A stretch of DNA of 63,946 nucleotides, filler included, from Stramenopiles sp. TOSAG23-3 (GCA_900128585.1; 11 parts of 11 records of this genome joined end to end with filler, not necessarily neighbours in it), one strand, 5' to 3'; shown: positions 19,613 to 31,612, numbered from the whole stretch's first letter. Translations and numbers: made by a program. Notes: generated from the letters alone by a model not told the origin.

Positions 19613-22432
19613 ATGTCTGCACTTGCTTACACGAAGAAGTCGAGTGACAAATCGTACACACGAAGGTTGAAGAAGTTTGTTCGTGTCAACTTGGCGAAAG
19701 GGGAGCACGACAGAGTGTTCAGCGAAGAGATTCTTGACATGAAAGACACTTTGAAGGACAATATTCATGGGACCGCGGCGATACTGAAACAGATGGAAAC
19801 GGTGCAGAGCACTGCGGCTGCGTATACGAACGCTCTGGAGGCCTTGCAATTGCTAGTCAAACAGGTTTCCCACAGAGTAAAGGTAACCGACCATATAGGC
19901 GGGGACGGGCTCGAGCGCCTGTGCGAGGCGGAGCGGTCGATAGTTGACACCATTTCGTCCACGTCCAGGCAGTACACGTCGTTTATGGCGTCGTTGGAAG
20001 ACGCGCACAAAGACCTAAAATCGGGGGAACATATGCTGCGGTCGCTACGGACCATGATGAAAACAAAAGACGAGTACGCGAAGGAGGTTAATAGTATCGG
20101 GAGCAACAAACACCGGGACAGGGCAACCAAAAAGCTTCTGCTGGCCCAGCAAACGTACCAGGCGCATGCGGTAAAGGTCCAGGGGCAGGAAGAGTTGGCA
20201 GAGTTGGCGATCGATGGTGCGAACGCAAAGCTCAGAAACGTGCTCCTGCAGTGGCTGACAATGTCGATTCAACAGCAGGCTTCGGCGGGCCACGCCACGT
20301 TAGAGAAAATCGACGCCGTATCGGAGGACTTGGTACAGGCCGACAACGCAACCAAGTCAGAAAAAAGTCGACTCGAAGAGAAACGGACGAAAATAGAAAG
20401 CAAGCAAACGTCGATGTCATCGATGCAGCGGCTGGCCACCAACGCGGCCGACAGCGGCGAGCAGTTCCGAAGAATAACGAATGGGCTGGTGCCGCAAGCA
20501 GAGCCCGTCATGTTTCCGGGGGAAGCGGTAGTCATGACGCTTCACAATGCTTTGTACCTTCCTATCTTTAGCGGCGAAAGGATGGGCCGGGGATCCGTGC
20601 AAATTGGCCCGACCCCTGGCTCGCTCGTGGTCACCACGTACAGGCTCTTGTTCTCTGCGTACGTTCCGGAGGGGGAACAAGTTCTGCGCAGGGGTAGTTC
20701 GGGCGTTGCAAAGTATTCAATGCTCTTCCCGCTCCCTTCTTTAGACGAGGCGGGCGCCACCGCAACGGACCAGGCAATCAAGGACATAAAGGAAGCCGCC
20801 ACAAAGTCCAGGCGCGCCAGTGAAGAACGAGAGGGGGGCGACAAGCCCGCCGCGGCGATGGCGAGGCCGCTTGTCTTTGACGACATGCGGCTTGGGAACG
20901 CGGGCTCCGACGAAGAAACGGGGGGACCACGGCATCTCTTTCAATTGCCGTATGGGGCGGTGTCAAGGGTTGTTGTGATCGATAAAGAGACCGAAACCAT
21001 GGGCCTGTGGAGCGAGCGGTTGGAGGCGTTCACAATCTGCCTCAAGTACGCGTCGAAGAAAAAAAGCCTTGAACAGGTTCTGGAACAAATAAAAACGTTT
21101 GCCTTCGGCACCTACCTGTACGCGATGGACTACCGATTGCCCCCCGAGATTAATCTAGGCTGGGGCGTCTACGAGAGCCGCCGCGAGTATGCCCGGGTAG
21201 GCCTTAACGACACGTCCAACTCGGCGTGGCGGCTTTCCGACATCAATGCCAGCTATTCCATGTGTGACACCTACCCACAGTTCTTGATCGTCCCAAAGAA
21301 CATGACCGATCAGGACATTTTGGCCGTCTCAAAGTACCGGAAAAAGGCGAGGTTGCCTGTGGCAGTGTGGCGGCTTGGGGCCGTCACAAACTCATACGCC
21401 ACGCTTCCGTCGGTGTGGCGACGGGAGGGGGCAGGGAACGTCACGCTGATGCGGAGCTCTCAGCCAAAGGCGACGAAATCATCGTCCACTCGGTTCGCCA
21501 ATTTAGACGTCAAAGTGACCGAGCTCTTGGCACGGACAAGCCGAAGCGAGGACGGCCACCGCTTCTGCAATGTGTTCGACGCGCGGCCGTTCATCAACTC
21601 TGTGGCAAACGTTGCACTTGGCGGAGGGTTTGAACGGGCCAACGTATACCCCGACTGCACTGTCCAATTCTTGGACATTGAAAATATCCACGCCGTCCGT
21701 GAATCCTGGGTTCGCCTGAATGGACTCTTCTCCATTGCGCAAACGAAGAACATGGACAATGAAGTGACCCACTCGTACGTAGAAGGAAAAATACGAAACG
21801 GTATGAAATCGTACTGGCTTCATCATGTGTCGTCGGTAATCACGGGCGCCCGGGCGGTGGCCAGTAGCCTTTTGTCTGGAATTTCTGCGCTCGTGCATTG
21901 CAGCGATGGCTGGGACCGCACGTCGCAGCTGACGTCCTTGGCACAGCTCATGCTGGACCCATACTTTCGAACCATCGAGGGGTTTGAAGTTTTGATTGAA
22001 AAGGAATGGTGTTCGTTTGGGCATAAGTTCGCTGCACGGACGGGGCAGCACGGGTACAACGTCTCCAGCGAAAACTATCTGGACAAAGACAGGAGCCCTA
22101 TATTCGTTCAATTCTTGGACTGCGTGTGGCAAATGATGTCAAAAGTCCCTGCCGCGTTTGAGTTTAACTCGATGTTGTTGGAAGTCCTGTTTTTCCACGT
22201 CTACAGTTGCCGTTTCGGAACGTTTTTGTTTGACAGCGAAAAGCAACGCCGCGACCAGAACGTCTATCAGCATACGGTGTCGATATGGACTGACATCAAC
22301 GAATCGAAGGCGTACTTTACCAACGAAAACTATATAGAGCATAGGCAAGAAATTATGAACATGATTGATGACGACGTGCAATTGCTTGGCCTTTGGAAAG
22401 CATATTTGGATGTCAGACGAACGAACGAATGA
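19613..22432 (+). CDS. Myotubularin phosphoinositide 3-phosphatase with N-terminal coiled-coil/BAR-like region
   Basis: Intact VHCSDGWDRT active site; CDTYP, RSSQP, DARP, IENIHAVR, LDPYFRTIEGF, EKEWCSFGHKF; GRAM-like GSLVVTTYRLLF. First ATG at 19613. Confidence 0.93.
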   Translation: MSALAYTKKSSDKSYTRRLKKFVRVNLAKGEHDRVFSEEILDMKDTLKDNIHGTAAILKQMETVQSTAAAYTNALEALQLLVKQVSHRVKVTDHIGGDGLERLCEAERSIVDTISSTSRQYTSFMASLEDAHKDLKSGEHMLRSLRTMMKTKDEYAKEVNSIGSNKHRDRATKKLLLAQQTYQAHAVKVQGQEELAELAIDGANAKLRNVLLQWLTMSIQQQASAGHATLEKIDAVSEDLVQADNATKSEKSRLEEKRTKIESKQTSMSSMQRLATNAADSGEQFRRITNGLVPQAEPVMFPGEAVVMTLHNALYLPIFSGERMGRGSVQIGPTPGSLVVTTYRLLFSAYVPEGEQVLRRGSSGVAKYSMLFPLPSLDEAGATATDQAIKDIKEAATKSRRASEEREGGDKPAAAMARPLVFDDMRLGNAGSDEETGGPRHLFQLPYGAVSRVVVIDKETETMGLWSERLEAFTICLKYASKKKSLEQVLEQIKTFAFGTYLYAMDYRLPPEINLGWGVYESRREYARVGLNDTSNSAWRLSDINASYSMCDTYPQFLIVPKNMTDQDILAVSKYRKKARLPVAVWRLGAVTNSYATLPSVWRREGAGNVTLMRSSQPKATKSSSTRFANLDVKVTELLARTSRSEDGHRFCNVFDARPFINSVANVALGGGFERANVYPDCTVQFLDIENIHAVRESWVRLNGLFSIAQTKNMDNEVTHSYVEGKIRNGMKSYWLHHVSSVITGARAVASSLLSGISALVHCSDGWDRTSQLTSLAQLMLDPYFRTIEGFEVLIEKEWCSFGHKFAARTGQHGYNVSSENYLDKDRSPIFVQFLDCVWQMMSKVPAAFEFNSMLLEVLFFHVYSCRFGTFLFDSEKQRRDQNVYQHTVSIWTDINESKAYFTNENYIEHRQEIMNMIDDDVQLLGLWKAYLDVRRTNE

Positions 22433-22944
22433 ATTCAAGTTTCACCAGAAGAGACTTACTTGTCTTCATGCACTTCTTCTTTCAAGTGGTGTCAAGATAG
22501 GCAATTAAGATTATAAAGTATATTAAATAATATATTCAAGTACAGAAATGAAAGAAGAAAAAAAGGGAAAAAAAGTCAGTCCTCTCTTCTCTCTCTCACT
22601 CTTCTCTTCTCCTCCAGCGAGCATTTCGTGGCAGAAGAAAACCAAGAAAAGAAATTAGTGATTTTTTGCCACGATTCATGATGTCATGCATTATGTTATG
22701 CCATGCGATCTGTTTCAATGTGGAGCGATTTGAATGGATGAGATCCATTTCTTCCTTTATTGCGTGGTTTTCTATTCGTTTCAAAAACTTTTAAGTGTTG
22801 GTACATTGAACGGAGAACGGCAAAAGACGAGAACGGGGCGCTTGTATTGTTTGCATTGGATTATTTGTCCGTTAATTCGTGTTCTTTGATCATTTGCGTT
22901 TGTTGATTACATTTTCTTTGTTCCATTGGTGGTGGTGCAGTGCG

Positions 22945-25099
22945 ATGTCGGGCAGCGGGGGTAAACAGCAAGTGGCGGGGCTTAGTTACGTGGAGATTTT
23001 AAAACAGATGGAGACCAAAAAAGCGTTCGTTGCGTCCCCGATGGTGAAGACGCGATCGCCTAGCATGAAGCGGGCCGCAAGCATGCACCCGGAAAGGTTT
23101 GAGAGCTCGTACGCGCAGTTCCGGAATAGTCCTATGGTGACAAAGACACGGATGAAAGCTCGAAATGTCGGCACCCCGCGGGCCAGAAAATCGCCCGTAC
23201 CGAGTCCGAAATCGTCACTGGTCAGCCTGTCCACGATAGAAGAGAAAGACGCCTTCTTGCTGGCAATGGAGCAGTTTAAGGGCATTCTCAAGTCGCAGCG
23301 GAGCCTGTTTGGAAATGTGGTTCACTCGTCTGCAGATCTATTCGAAGCCATCATTGACAATGGGGATGCCTGCCTGGATCTGCCAGCGTTTCAACGATGC
23401 GTCGATCGGCTGGATTTTGGTTTCTCGTTTGAACAGACCGAGGTGATATTTGACTTCCTCGATGCAACGAAAAGCGGCCTTGTTGCTCGAGAAGATTTCA
23501 TTCTTGCATTGAAGAACCCCGCTGCTTACTTGAGGAACTACGACCGTGCGCGGGCAAAGCCTCCGGTTCGGAAGAAGAAAAAAACTAGAATCCCTCTTGG
23601 CCCAGACCCCGAAATGGTGTCGTTGAAAGAGGCCGTGCGCACCCTCCACGGTGAAAACGAAATGCTTTCCATGTCAATCAAAGAAGCCGAAGCGGTGGCA
23701 GAGGGGTTCAAAAACAAAGCGTGGAGCACGGGCCGCAAAGTAGAAGCTCTTGAAATGGCGATGCGAGCCGAACGACGCGAGGCGCAAGAAAACATTGCAT
23801 TGGTTGCCGAATTGCGGGCGAATGCAGCCTCGTTTACAACGGAACGGAAGGGTTACCAGATAACCGAGACGAACTTTAAAGCGGCGTTGGATTTACAGAA
23901 AAAACGACTAGAGGAGCTGAAAGAGCAGAATACGCTGAAAGTGAACGACATCCTCCGCGAAGCGAAAGCGGCCGACACGGAGGTGCGGCAAATGTACGAA
24001 GACAAAATAAAGGAAATGAAAGTCGACGCAAATCGTGCAGAGGAGAACGTCACCCAGACATGCAAGACGCAAATTGCGCGGATGAAGGAGGAAAACGACC
24101 GTGCGCTAAAGGCAATGGCGAATAACCACGAGGATGAAATTAGAGAACTAAAATCGCAGGCATGGAAAGAAGCTAACAACCGAGAGAAGGAATGCAACAA
24201 GACGATCGACGCGCTGAAAAAGGAGTTGCAGCGCGTCACCGAGGAATGCGACGCGAGCGTGAGTTCGTTCAAAGTGAAGTTGCAGTCTTCAAAAGTGGCG
24301 CACCAAGAAGAAATGGTTCGGTTCAAGATAAAGTTCAAAACCCGAGAAGAAGAACATGCAGTACAAGTTGCAAATTGCAAAGCTGAATTAGTGGAAAACA
24401 TGGCTGCTCAGCAAGAAGCCCACGAAAACGAAATGATTCGTGCGAAATCAGAGTTTGGAAAAAATTGGGATTCCTTGCGCGCGGAGCACACGACATTGGC
24501 CGGCAATATACTGGAAGCGTTCACCAACATTGAATCGTTGCACGAGTCGAAAATTGACATTGTAGGGAAACGAGAAGAGCTGAAAAATACAGTCCAAGCG
24601 TTGTCTGAAAAATACAACACTTTAAACCGGGAATATCAGTTCGAAAAAGAGACGAGTGCGATGGAGGTGCTGCAATGCAAAAAGGCGTGCAGGCTACAGA
24701 TCGAAGAAGCTTACGAAGAGAAGAATAACATTGCTACAAAATGGAGGGAGACAGAATCCGCATTGGCCGAAAAGGTAGCGGAACTTAAGCATCAGCACGC
24801 TGTAACGCTCGAAACGTTTACTGGAAAGTATGACGACACCGTTGCGTCACTTCGCACGCTGAAAGAGGAGAGGGCTTCCACAATTGAAGAAATGCAATCC
24901 ACCCATCACTTTGAGCTTGAGAAACTACAATTGATACTACAAAACACTAAACGCGAATACCATGACGCAATGGAAGATGCTAAACAAGTCTTGACAACGA
25001 CAAAAGATGAGTATCGGACAGAGAAAGAATCCATCATTGAGAAATACAAAACGTCCCTTCACAAGTTAGAGTCCGAAATCGAACAAAACAATGGAAACC
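22945..25099 (+). CDS. EF-hand plus long coiled-coil protein (3' truncated)
   Basis: DNGDACLDLPAF and FDFLDATKSGLVAREDF form an EF-hand-like pair, followed by an extended E/K-rich heptad region to the contig end. Confidence 0.75.
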
Positions 25100-25485
25100 N
25101 NNNNNNNNNNNNNNNNNNNNNNNNNNNNNNNNNNNNNNNNNNNTTAATTAATTAANNNNNNNNNNNNNNNNNNNNNNNNNNNNNNNNNNNNNNNNNNNNG
25201 AAGAGGAAGAGGAAGAAGAGGAAAAAAGAAGAAGAAGAAGAGGAAGAAGAAAAAAGAAGAAGAAAAAAGAAGAAGAAGAAGAAGAAGAAGAAAAAGAAGA
25301 AGAAAGTATCGACGACGACGATGATCGCAGCAGCAGGAGGAAATGATTATTATTATGTCATTCATAATGTGTCAACTAAAAGAATTCTTTTGTAATTATT
25401 GATAATGCGAACGTATCTTATTAATCACGAGAATGACAGTTTTTTTTTCACGTTTCTAACCTATATGTAAACAACGGAGGAGACT

Positions 25486-25516
<31 letters not shown>

Positions 25517-25534
25517 AATACACCGTTCGTTAAT

Positions 25535-27649
25535 ATGGGGGATTCAACTGTCTCAGGGGATACTGGAGACAAGTTTGCATCACCCTCGGACTGGATGTCC
25601 CGCCTCGTTGAGGAGGAAGGGAAGGACCAAGTCAACTCGTCGCTGAAAGGGATATCACGAACAAGGAGTGAATACTATAATGGTTTGGTCGATTTGATAC
25701 AAGTTTCTTCGTCGCAGGAAAATGTTAATAGTGACGGCGGGGAGAAGAAGGTAATTACACAATCGCCGTCCAAGGCAATATCTTCGAGGGAGTATGACGA
25801 TGTAGAGGTAGATTTGAAAAGGTCCTTCGGCGACAACCTGCAGGAAAGCAACACGATCAAGAACAGGCAGGAAATTAAAGAAATTTTGCTTGCATTCGCC
25901 GTTCACAATCGTAGCGTGGGTTATGTTCAAGGGATGAACTTTTTGTGCGCGATGTGTTTAGAATATTTAGGAAAAGAGGATTCGTTTTGGTTGCTCGTGC
26001 ACATGACCCGGCGATTGCCAAAGAATTTTTATAGAAAAGCGGGGGCAGAAGAGTGCCTGCTGTTTCAGAAAGTCGTCGAAAAATATGCGCCCAACATAAA
26101 GCAATACATGGGTGAGACGTATGAAACTGTTCTCAATTTGTTTATATTTCAATGGATGCTGCCGCTGTTTGTTCATGCTGTGGAAAAGGATGTCAACTTG
26201 TTGATTTGGGAACATTTATTTTGCAACAAGAGTCTACAAGACCCCCAGGGCTCTAATGCTGGCTCATTTTCAAACGCGGGCAATGTGTCCCTTAGACTTC
26301 ACCAAATGTGCCTTAGAATATTGGTGCATTTTGGTTCTCAGGCTATCGAAGAGTCCCAGGCTATTTTGATAGGGACGTCGGAAAAGACGGTCTCTGGGGT
26401 GGCCACGGAATTCCAGGCCGGGGTGTCATTCGTGCGAAAGGTCTTGCACGGTGCCAGAGACATCGCTCCCAACGATGCCCTCCCTTGGGAAATGGATACA
26501 CTGCCTACGATCGACAAAATGTGGTTTGAAAAAGAGCGCGAAAAGCAAGCCGCTATAGTTCGCCATGACGAAAGCAACGTCATGCATAGAAAAATGTCCT
26601 CGGTTGATTTCATGTATTTGGATCGGAAAAGATTACGCGAGTTAGAGATAGAGCTCGGTCACTACAATGCGACGATGCTCAACATGACTCAGTTTGTCGA
26701 AGCGTTTTTGGCGACGGCGACGATGGCGCAAAGCGGTGGTATGCATGGTTCTGTCCATGATGCATCTCAAAATGCCAACACCTTTGCCTGCCAACTATTT
26801 TCTGCAATAGACCGCGGGGAAAAAGGAGTTTTAGACCGAAACGAGCTGCTTTGCGCTTCTATCATGGTGTCCACTTTATCAGTCGAAGAAAAGCTGCACC
26901 GATGCTTCACGGTCTATGGCAAAGACGGGACAGCGAGTAGTCCTGTCCCAGAAATTTCCAAGGTTCATACATTGTCCATATTCAGTACTCTGCTGAAATT
27001 GGCCCAAGATTGGTATGGCATTGAAGGGCATGATCATGTTTTTGACGACCCGAAACTTTTGCGACGATTGTTTTCATGGGACAAGGATACTGGAATCAAC
27101 CTTCATGAATTTCAACAAATGATCAGAGTCCACACACGGCTGATCATTTGCATTGAGCCTTTGGAGAGAACCATGAAGAAGGGCGTGCTTGGAAACGAAA
27201 GCGGTGACACCGATACCGGCAACAAAATTTCACCAGATTCCTCCGAGGCAGAAAGTATATGGTATTTCCGGAACCTAATAAATACGGACATGGACTTCAT
27301 CGGGAGGTGTGGTGGGTGGGACAGAAAACAAATGCACGATATGTTCAACAACCCGGTCGAAAAGCCGCCCCGTCAAAGGTCCAGCTCGTGGGCTGAAATC
27401 GGAAGCCCGGCCAGGCACGAAAGTCAAAGGGCAACCTTGACCCCACCTCTGCGCCCAAAGAACAATTCCGCGGGCGATGGGTTGCAACGAATAGGTACCA
27501 GTGCATATGGAGATCACTTTCAAAGTACGATACCAGGGAACGATATGCTAAAAAAGCTTAAAAAGGCTAAAAATATCAAAGGCCCCGGTGCGAACCCTGG
27601 TCGTGGATTTTGTAGTGCGGGGTCATTGGACTCTTGCATCGTGGCATAA
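25535..27649 (+). CDS. TBC-domain RabGAP with EF-hands and C-terminal CaaX
   Basis: VEVDLKRSF (R finger), GYVQGMNFL (Q finger); LFSAIDRGEKGVLDRNEL and EEKLHRCFTVY EF-hands; ends CIVA. Confidence 0.88.
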   Translation: MGDSTVSGDTGDKFASPSDWMSRLVEEEGKDQVNSSLKGISRTRSEYYNGLVDLIQVSSSQENVNSDGGEKKVITQSPSKAISSREYDDVEVDLKRSFGDNLQESNTIKNRQEIKEILLAFAVHNRSVGYVQGMNFLCAMCLEYLGKEDSFWLLVHMTRRLPKNFYRKAGAEECLLFQKVVEKYAPNIKQYMGETYETVLNLFIFQWMLPLFVHAVEKDVNLLIWEHLFCNKSLQDPQGSNAGSFSNAGNVSLRLHQMCLRILVHFGSQAIEESQAILIGTSEKTVSGVATEFQAGVSFVRKVLHGARDIAPNDALPWEMDTLPTIDKMWFEKEREKQAAIVRHDESNVMHRKMSSVDFMYLDRKRLRELEIELGHYNATMLNMTQFVEAFLATATMAQSGGMHGSVHDASQNANTFACQLFSAIDRGEKGVLDRNELLCASIMVSTLSVEEKLHRCFTVYGKDGTASSPVPEISKVHTLSIFSTLLKLAQDWYGIEGHDHVFDDPKLLRRLFSWDKDTGINLHEFQQMIRVHTRLIICIEPLERTMKKGVLGNESGDTDTGNKISPDSSEAESIWYFRNLINTDMDFIGRCGGWDRKQMHDMFNNPVEKPPRQRSSSWAEIGSPARHESQRATLTPPLRPKNNSAGDGLQRIGTSAYGDHFQSTIPGNDMLKKLKKAKNIKGPGANPGRGFCSAGSLDSCIVA

Positions 27650-27970
27650 ATTTTTTAGTAGTAAAGTATATTATTGTAAAAATTGCTGGTATACTACAGC
27701 AATATAAGTACGAAGTATGTGTATTAAATCATTCATCCTCCCCCATCATCAAATCCGTCGCATCCTCCCCCGCCCCCGACGACCACCAGAAAGAAAAAAA
27801 ATAATAATTGAATCTGTACTATTGAATTGAATCACAAAAGTCGTCCATGAGATTGTATTACAGTTGTGGAACATTCTCTCCCCGTCCCCTCATCCCCAAA
27901 ACCGAAAGTCTGTTTAAAAGAAAACGTGCTAATTTCCCAAGTAACCTAAAATGCATAATTAGAAACCGGG

Positions 27971-30454
27971 ATGTTTTGGAAACCAGGAAATGAGGGCCCT
28001 AACTGCGACCGCGATGCAGTGAAAGAGGAGACAGCCTCTACATCTGGGACTTTTGTTTTCAACCCACATATAAACGCAGATATACGCAGGCAAAAAGGCC
28101 TGCTGTCAATCAGTCGGCACAGAGGGTCGATTTTAGAATTTGTTTCAAAGTATCAAACCTTAATTCTTACTGGGGAAACGGGATGCGGAAAGTCCACACA
28201 GGTACCACAGTTTCTGTACGAATCGAATTTATTTGGAGCCGTGCCCAAAGAGTCATCTTCTGATGGACCGCGCGGTCTTATTGCCGTCACTCAGCCCAGA
28301 CGCATTCCTACAATGATGTTGGCTGCACGAGTAAGTGAGGAGATGGGCACAACAGTAGGGTATAATCGAAAGGAAAGCCAGGAGCATGGCCTCCATCACG
28401 AAGGTGGCATCGTAGGGTGCCACGTCCCATACAGAAAGTTGATTGACCCAAAGCATTGCCGGATCACGTTTTTGACAGATGAAGTTCTTGTTCAAGAAAC
28501 GAGGTATGACCCGCTATTGTTGCGCTACAACGTCATCATGGTAGATGAAGCGCATGAACGCAGCCTGTACACTGACATTTTGCTGGGAATCCTGAGAAAT
28601 ATACAAGGACGTCGCCCTAGTTTGCGGGTGATCGTTTCATCGGCGACCATGGATACAGTATTTTTTAAATCATTTTTCGAAAGGAATCAATTCAGTCTGT
28701 CAAAGCCTGACAAGGACACGGCGAAAATTATTTCGTTGGAAAGTTTACCCCCTTGTGTCGATTGCCAGTATTTGAGAACGCCGTGCAGCAATTATGTGGA
28801 AGAAGCCGTGAGGACCGTGATCAAGATTCTTGTGCGGAACGGCAACGACGCACCCGGGGATAATGGGGTGTTAATATTTATGCCAGGTGTAGATGAAGTA
28901 GGGCTGACACTTCGAGTGCTTCGAGAGAGGATATTGTCTTCGCCGGGTTTGCCGGGCACGGTAACTATGTTGCCCCTTCACGGTAAATTACCAAATAGAG
29001 AGCAATTAAGATGCTTCATGAAGCTGGGTCCGGGTAAGCGGAAGATCATCGTTGCTACTAATGTTGCAGAAGCATCGCTGACCGTTCCGGGGATACGCTA
29101 CGTAGTTGACAGTATGTTCATCCGCTTGCCCCATTTCAATTCTAGCACGGGTCTGGAAACGAATGCCACCATTCCCGTATCGAAGGCATCTGCAGAGCAA
29201 CGCCTGGGGCGCGCCGGCCGCACGGGATCGGGGGGGGTTTGTTTTCGATTATGTACTAAGCTGTCGTTTGATGCGTTGAAAGCAAACACCACCCCCGCAG
29301 TGCAACGTTCGGACTTAACGTGGGTTGTTTTAAAAATGATTTCTATCGGCGTTGGGGAGTTTGGCAGCTTTTCTTTCCCCTCACCCCCACCCGCAAAGTC
29401 CTTGGCCCGGGCCTTGGAGCTTCTTTTCGTTCTCGGGGCATTAAATGACGACTGCGGCTTGACTCATGTGGGCAGTCAGATGGCCTTTTTCTCGTGCGGG
29501 CCGTGCTCTTCTAAAGCTTTGCTGGCCTCCCTGGATATGGGGTGTTCGGAAGAAATACTATCCGTTATTGCCCTGATGTCCGTCCATCGAATATTTCTTT
29601 CCCCGAGAAACAAGTCAAAGCAGGAAGAAGCGTTAAGTCTAATCCAAGAATTTGCAGATGAAAGTGGGGATCATGTCACTGCGTTGAAAGCGTACAATGC
29701 GTTTACGGGTCACATGGGTCGGTCTTCGGCGGGGTGGGCTCGTATCAATTTTTGTGACTTCAACGCACTATCTCGAGCGAAGGAAATCAGAAGTAGGTTG
29801 ATAACAGAGTTAGAAAAATGCAAGCCTACCGGGGTACCTTTCAAATCTTGCGGGGAAGATAACACCGTAAAGCTGCTGACCTGCATTTGCGCCGGCTATT
29901 TTTCACAAGTTGCTTGCCTCGGGCACGACGGGCTCTACCGCACACTGAAGCACTCGCGACCAGTCCTTCTTCATTCTTCCTCTGTTTTGGAACGCTTTCC
30001 ACAGAGCCGTGTCGTGCAATGGGTTGTTTACCACGACATTTTGCTAGACGATGACCCACAAAACGACTGTCTTAGAGATGTATCGGTAATCAACCCGAAA
30101 TGGTTATTGAAAGTGGCGCCTCACTACTACAAACAGGGTGGCAGCAGGAAGACTGGTGCAGTTGAAAGATCAACGGCACCTGCTGGGGGGAGGAGCGGGC
30201 GTGCAGGGTTTTCGTCTTCCTCGTCCGCTACGGCCACTAGGGGAATGGGACTGCTCAGAGACCTTGGGACACTCCCAATGGGCGTCGGTGCTGTTGGCCG
30301 GAAGCGTAAAGCCGAGGATGAGCTTCTTTACCCTTTGATTTTGGACCCAGAGGACAGTGATGCCGACGAGTCCTCGAGACCGAAGTCCAAGAAACGGCGG
30401 AAAAAAGAAAAGAAGAAGAAACGAAAGAAGGAGAAAAAGAAACAACGCGATTGA
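27971..30454 (+). CDS. DHX35: DEAH-box RNA helicase DHX35
   Basis: MFWKPG N-terminus typical of DHX35; GETGCGKSTQ, TQPRR, DEAHER, SAT, TNVAEAS, QRLGRAGR; HA2/OB region; Lys-rich tail. Confidence 0.88.
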   Translation: MFWKPGNEGPNCDRDAVKEETASTSGTFVFNPHINADIRRQKGLLSISRHRGSILEFVSKYQTLILTGETGCGKSTQVPQFLYESNLFGAVPKESSSDGPRGLIAVTQPRRIPTMMLAARVSEEMGTTVGYNRKESQEHGLHHEGGIVGCHVPYRKLIDPKHCRITFLTDEVLVQETRYDPLLLRYNVIMVDEAHERSLYTDILLGILRNIQGRRPSLRVIVSSATMDTVFFKSFFERNQFSLSKPDKDTAKIISLESLPPCVDCQYLRTPCSNYVEEAVRTVIKILVRNGNDAPGDNGVLIFMPGVDEVGLTLRVLRERILSSPGLPGTVTMLPLHGKLPNREQLRCFMKLGPGKRKIIVATNVAEASLTVPGIRYVVDSMFIRLPHFNSSTGLETNATIPVSKASAEQRLGRAGRTGSGGVCFRLCTKLSFDALKANTTPAVQRSDLTWVVLKMISIGVGEFGSFSFPSPPPAKSLARALELLFVLGALNDDCGLTHVGSQMAFFSCGPCSSKALLASLDMGCSEEILSVIALMSVHRIFLSPRNKSKQEEALSLIQEFADESGDHVTALKAYNAFTGHMGRSSAGWARINFCDFNALSRAKEIRSRLITELEKCKPTGVPFKSCGEDNTVKLLTCICAGYFSQVACLGHDGLYRTLKHSRPVLLHSSSVLERFPQSRVVQWVVYHDILLDDDPQNDCLRDVSVINPKWLLKVAPHYYKQGGSRKTGAVERSTAPAGGRSGRAGFSSSSSATATRGMGLLRDLGTLPMGVGAVGRKRKAEDELLYPLILDPEDSDADESSRPKSKKRRKKEKKKKRKKEKKKQRD

Positions 30455-30533
30455 TTTCAATGCTAAATTATTTGTACAAAGCTAATTTATATACCAAACA
30501 GATCAGGCAAGCCATCTTCCGTTGCCCCAACAG

Positions 30534-30782
30534 TTATTTCATACCAATGGATTTCAAGACTATCGGCTTCACGTCCGGTCTCGTAAAAAACTCGGCGGCG
30601 AAGATCTCCGGTTTCTCCGGCTTCTCCTCCAACAACGAGCGCATAAAATATGATACCAACGCTTTTAGCTCTGGGTGAGAGCGAAGGTACTGCTCATTTT
30701 TTAGCCGAAGCTGTATTTTCTGTTGGTGAAGTTTCGCTTGCTGTTCACGAGAAAGGATTTGGTATTCGCTATCGTCCGCCAT
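30534..30782 (-). CDS. RIIAD1: RIIa domain-containing protein 1
   Basis: LSREQQAKL..KIQLRLKNEQYLRSHPEL...LLEEKP...FAAEFFT. ATG at 30782. Confidence 0.85.
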   Translation of the reverse strand: MADDSEYQILSREQQAKLHQQKIQLRLKNEQYLRSHPELKALVSYFMRSLLEEKPEKPEIFAAEFFTRPDVKPIVLKSIGMK

Positions 30783-31612
30783 GGCCTTAACTTTTTCGGC
30801 TGTCGAATATAGAGTGGTGCAAGTCCTGAAGAAGATCAAAGGGCTTTAACAATTTTGAAATATGTTCCAAATTCTTCAAATCACAATCAATCTGTTAGAA
30901 CCGTCAAGATCAAACATAAAAGGGAAAATGATTGTGTGTTCTAAAACAAAACAAAATCAGTCATCGTCTCAAATATATCTACTCGTTCTTATATACCAAT
31001 CAACGATTTGGTTCAAATAATACGAAGAGTCAAATTACCAAGATCATTTTCCGTTATCTTTATTAGGGAGGACGACCTCTATTATGAATAGAGTATTAAT
31101 GGACATAACATAGGCTCATCATCATCATCAAGAAAGAAATGTTGTGTTTCATTTTTTGTGTTGTTGTTGTTGTTGGTTGCAACGGTTTGGATTTCTATTT
31201 CTCTCATCTCTCAATTAAATTAACCCTATTCATTAACACCAATATTATATTAATGCCAAAAATGAGAAATGAAATAGGAGGAATAATAATAGACGAATAG
31301 TCTAATATTATATTATTACTTCTTACGTGACGTTATGTTTTATGGACGGTTCTGCTACTGGCCAGACTTCAGGTGTCACCGACTCGCCCNNNNNNNNNNN
31401 NNNNNNNNNNNNNNNNNNNNNNNNNNNNNNNNNTTAATTAATTAANNNNNNNNNNNNNNNNNNNNNNNNNNNNNNNNNNNNNNNNNNNNCCCCCTCTAAT
31501 TCAGTTTATCAAAAAAAAACTTAAGTCAGGGTAAAATAAAATAAGATCCATGCGATGCGCATTTAACAATTCAAAAACTTATTTTCGTAAGATAATTTTA
31601 AAAATACCAATT

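Noticed and set aside
31342-31389. Possible gene start MDGSATGQTSGVTDSP at contig end
   Set aside because: Only 16 codons are visible, which cannot support a call.
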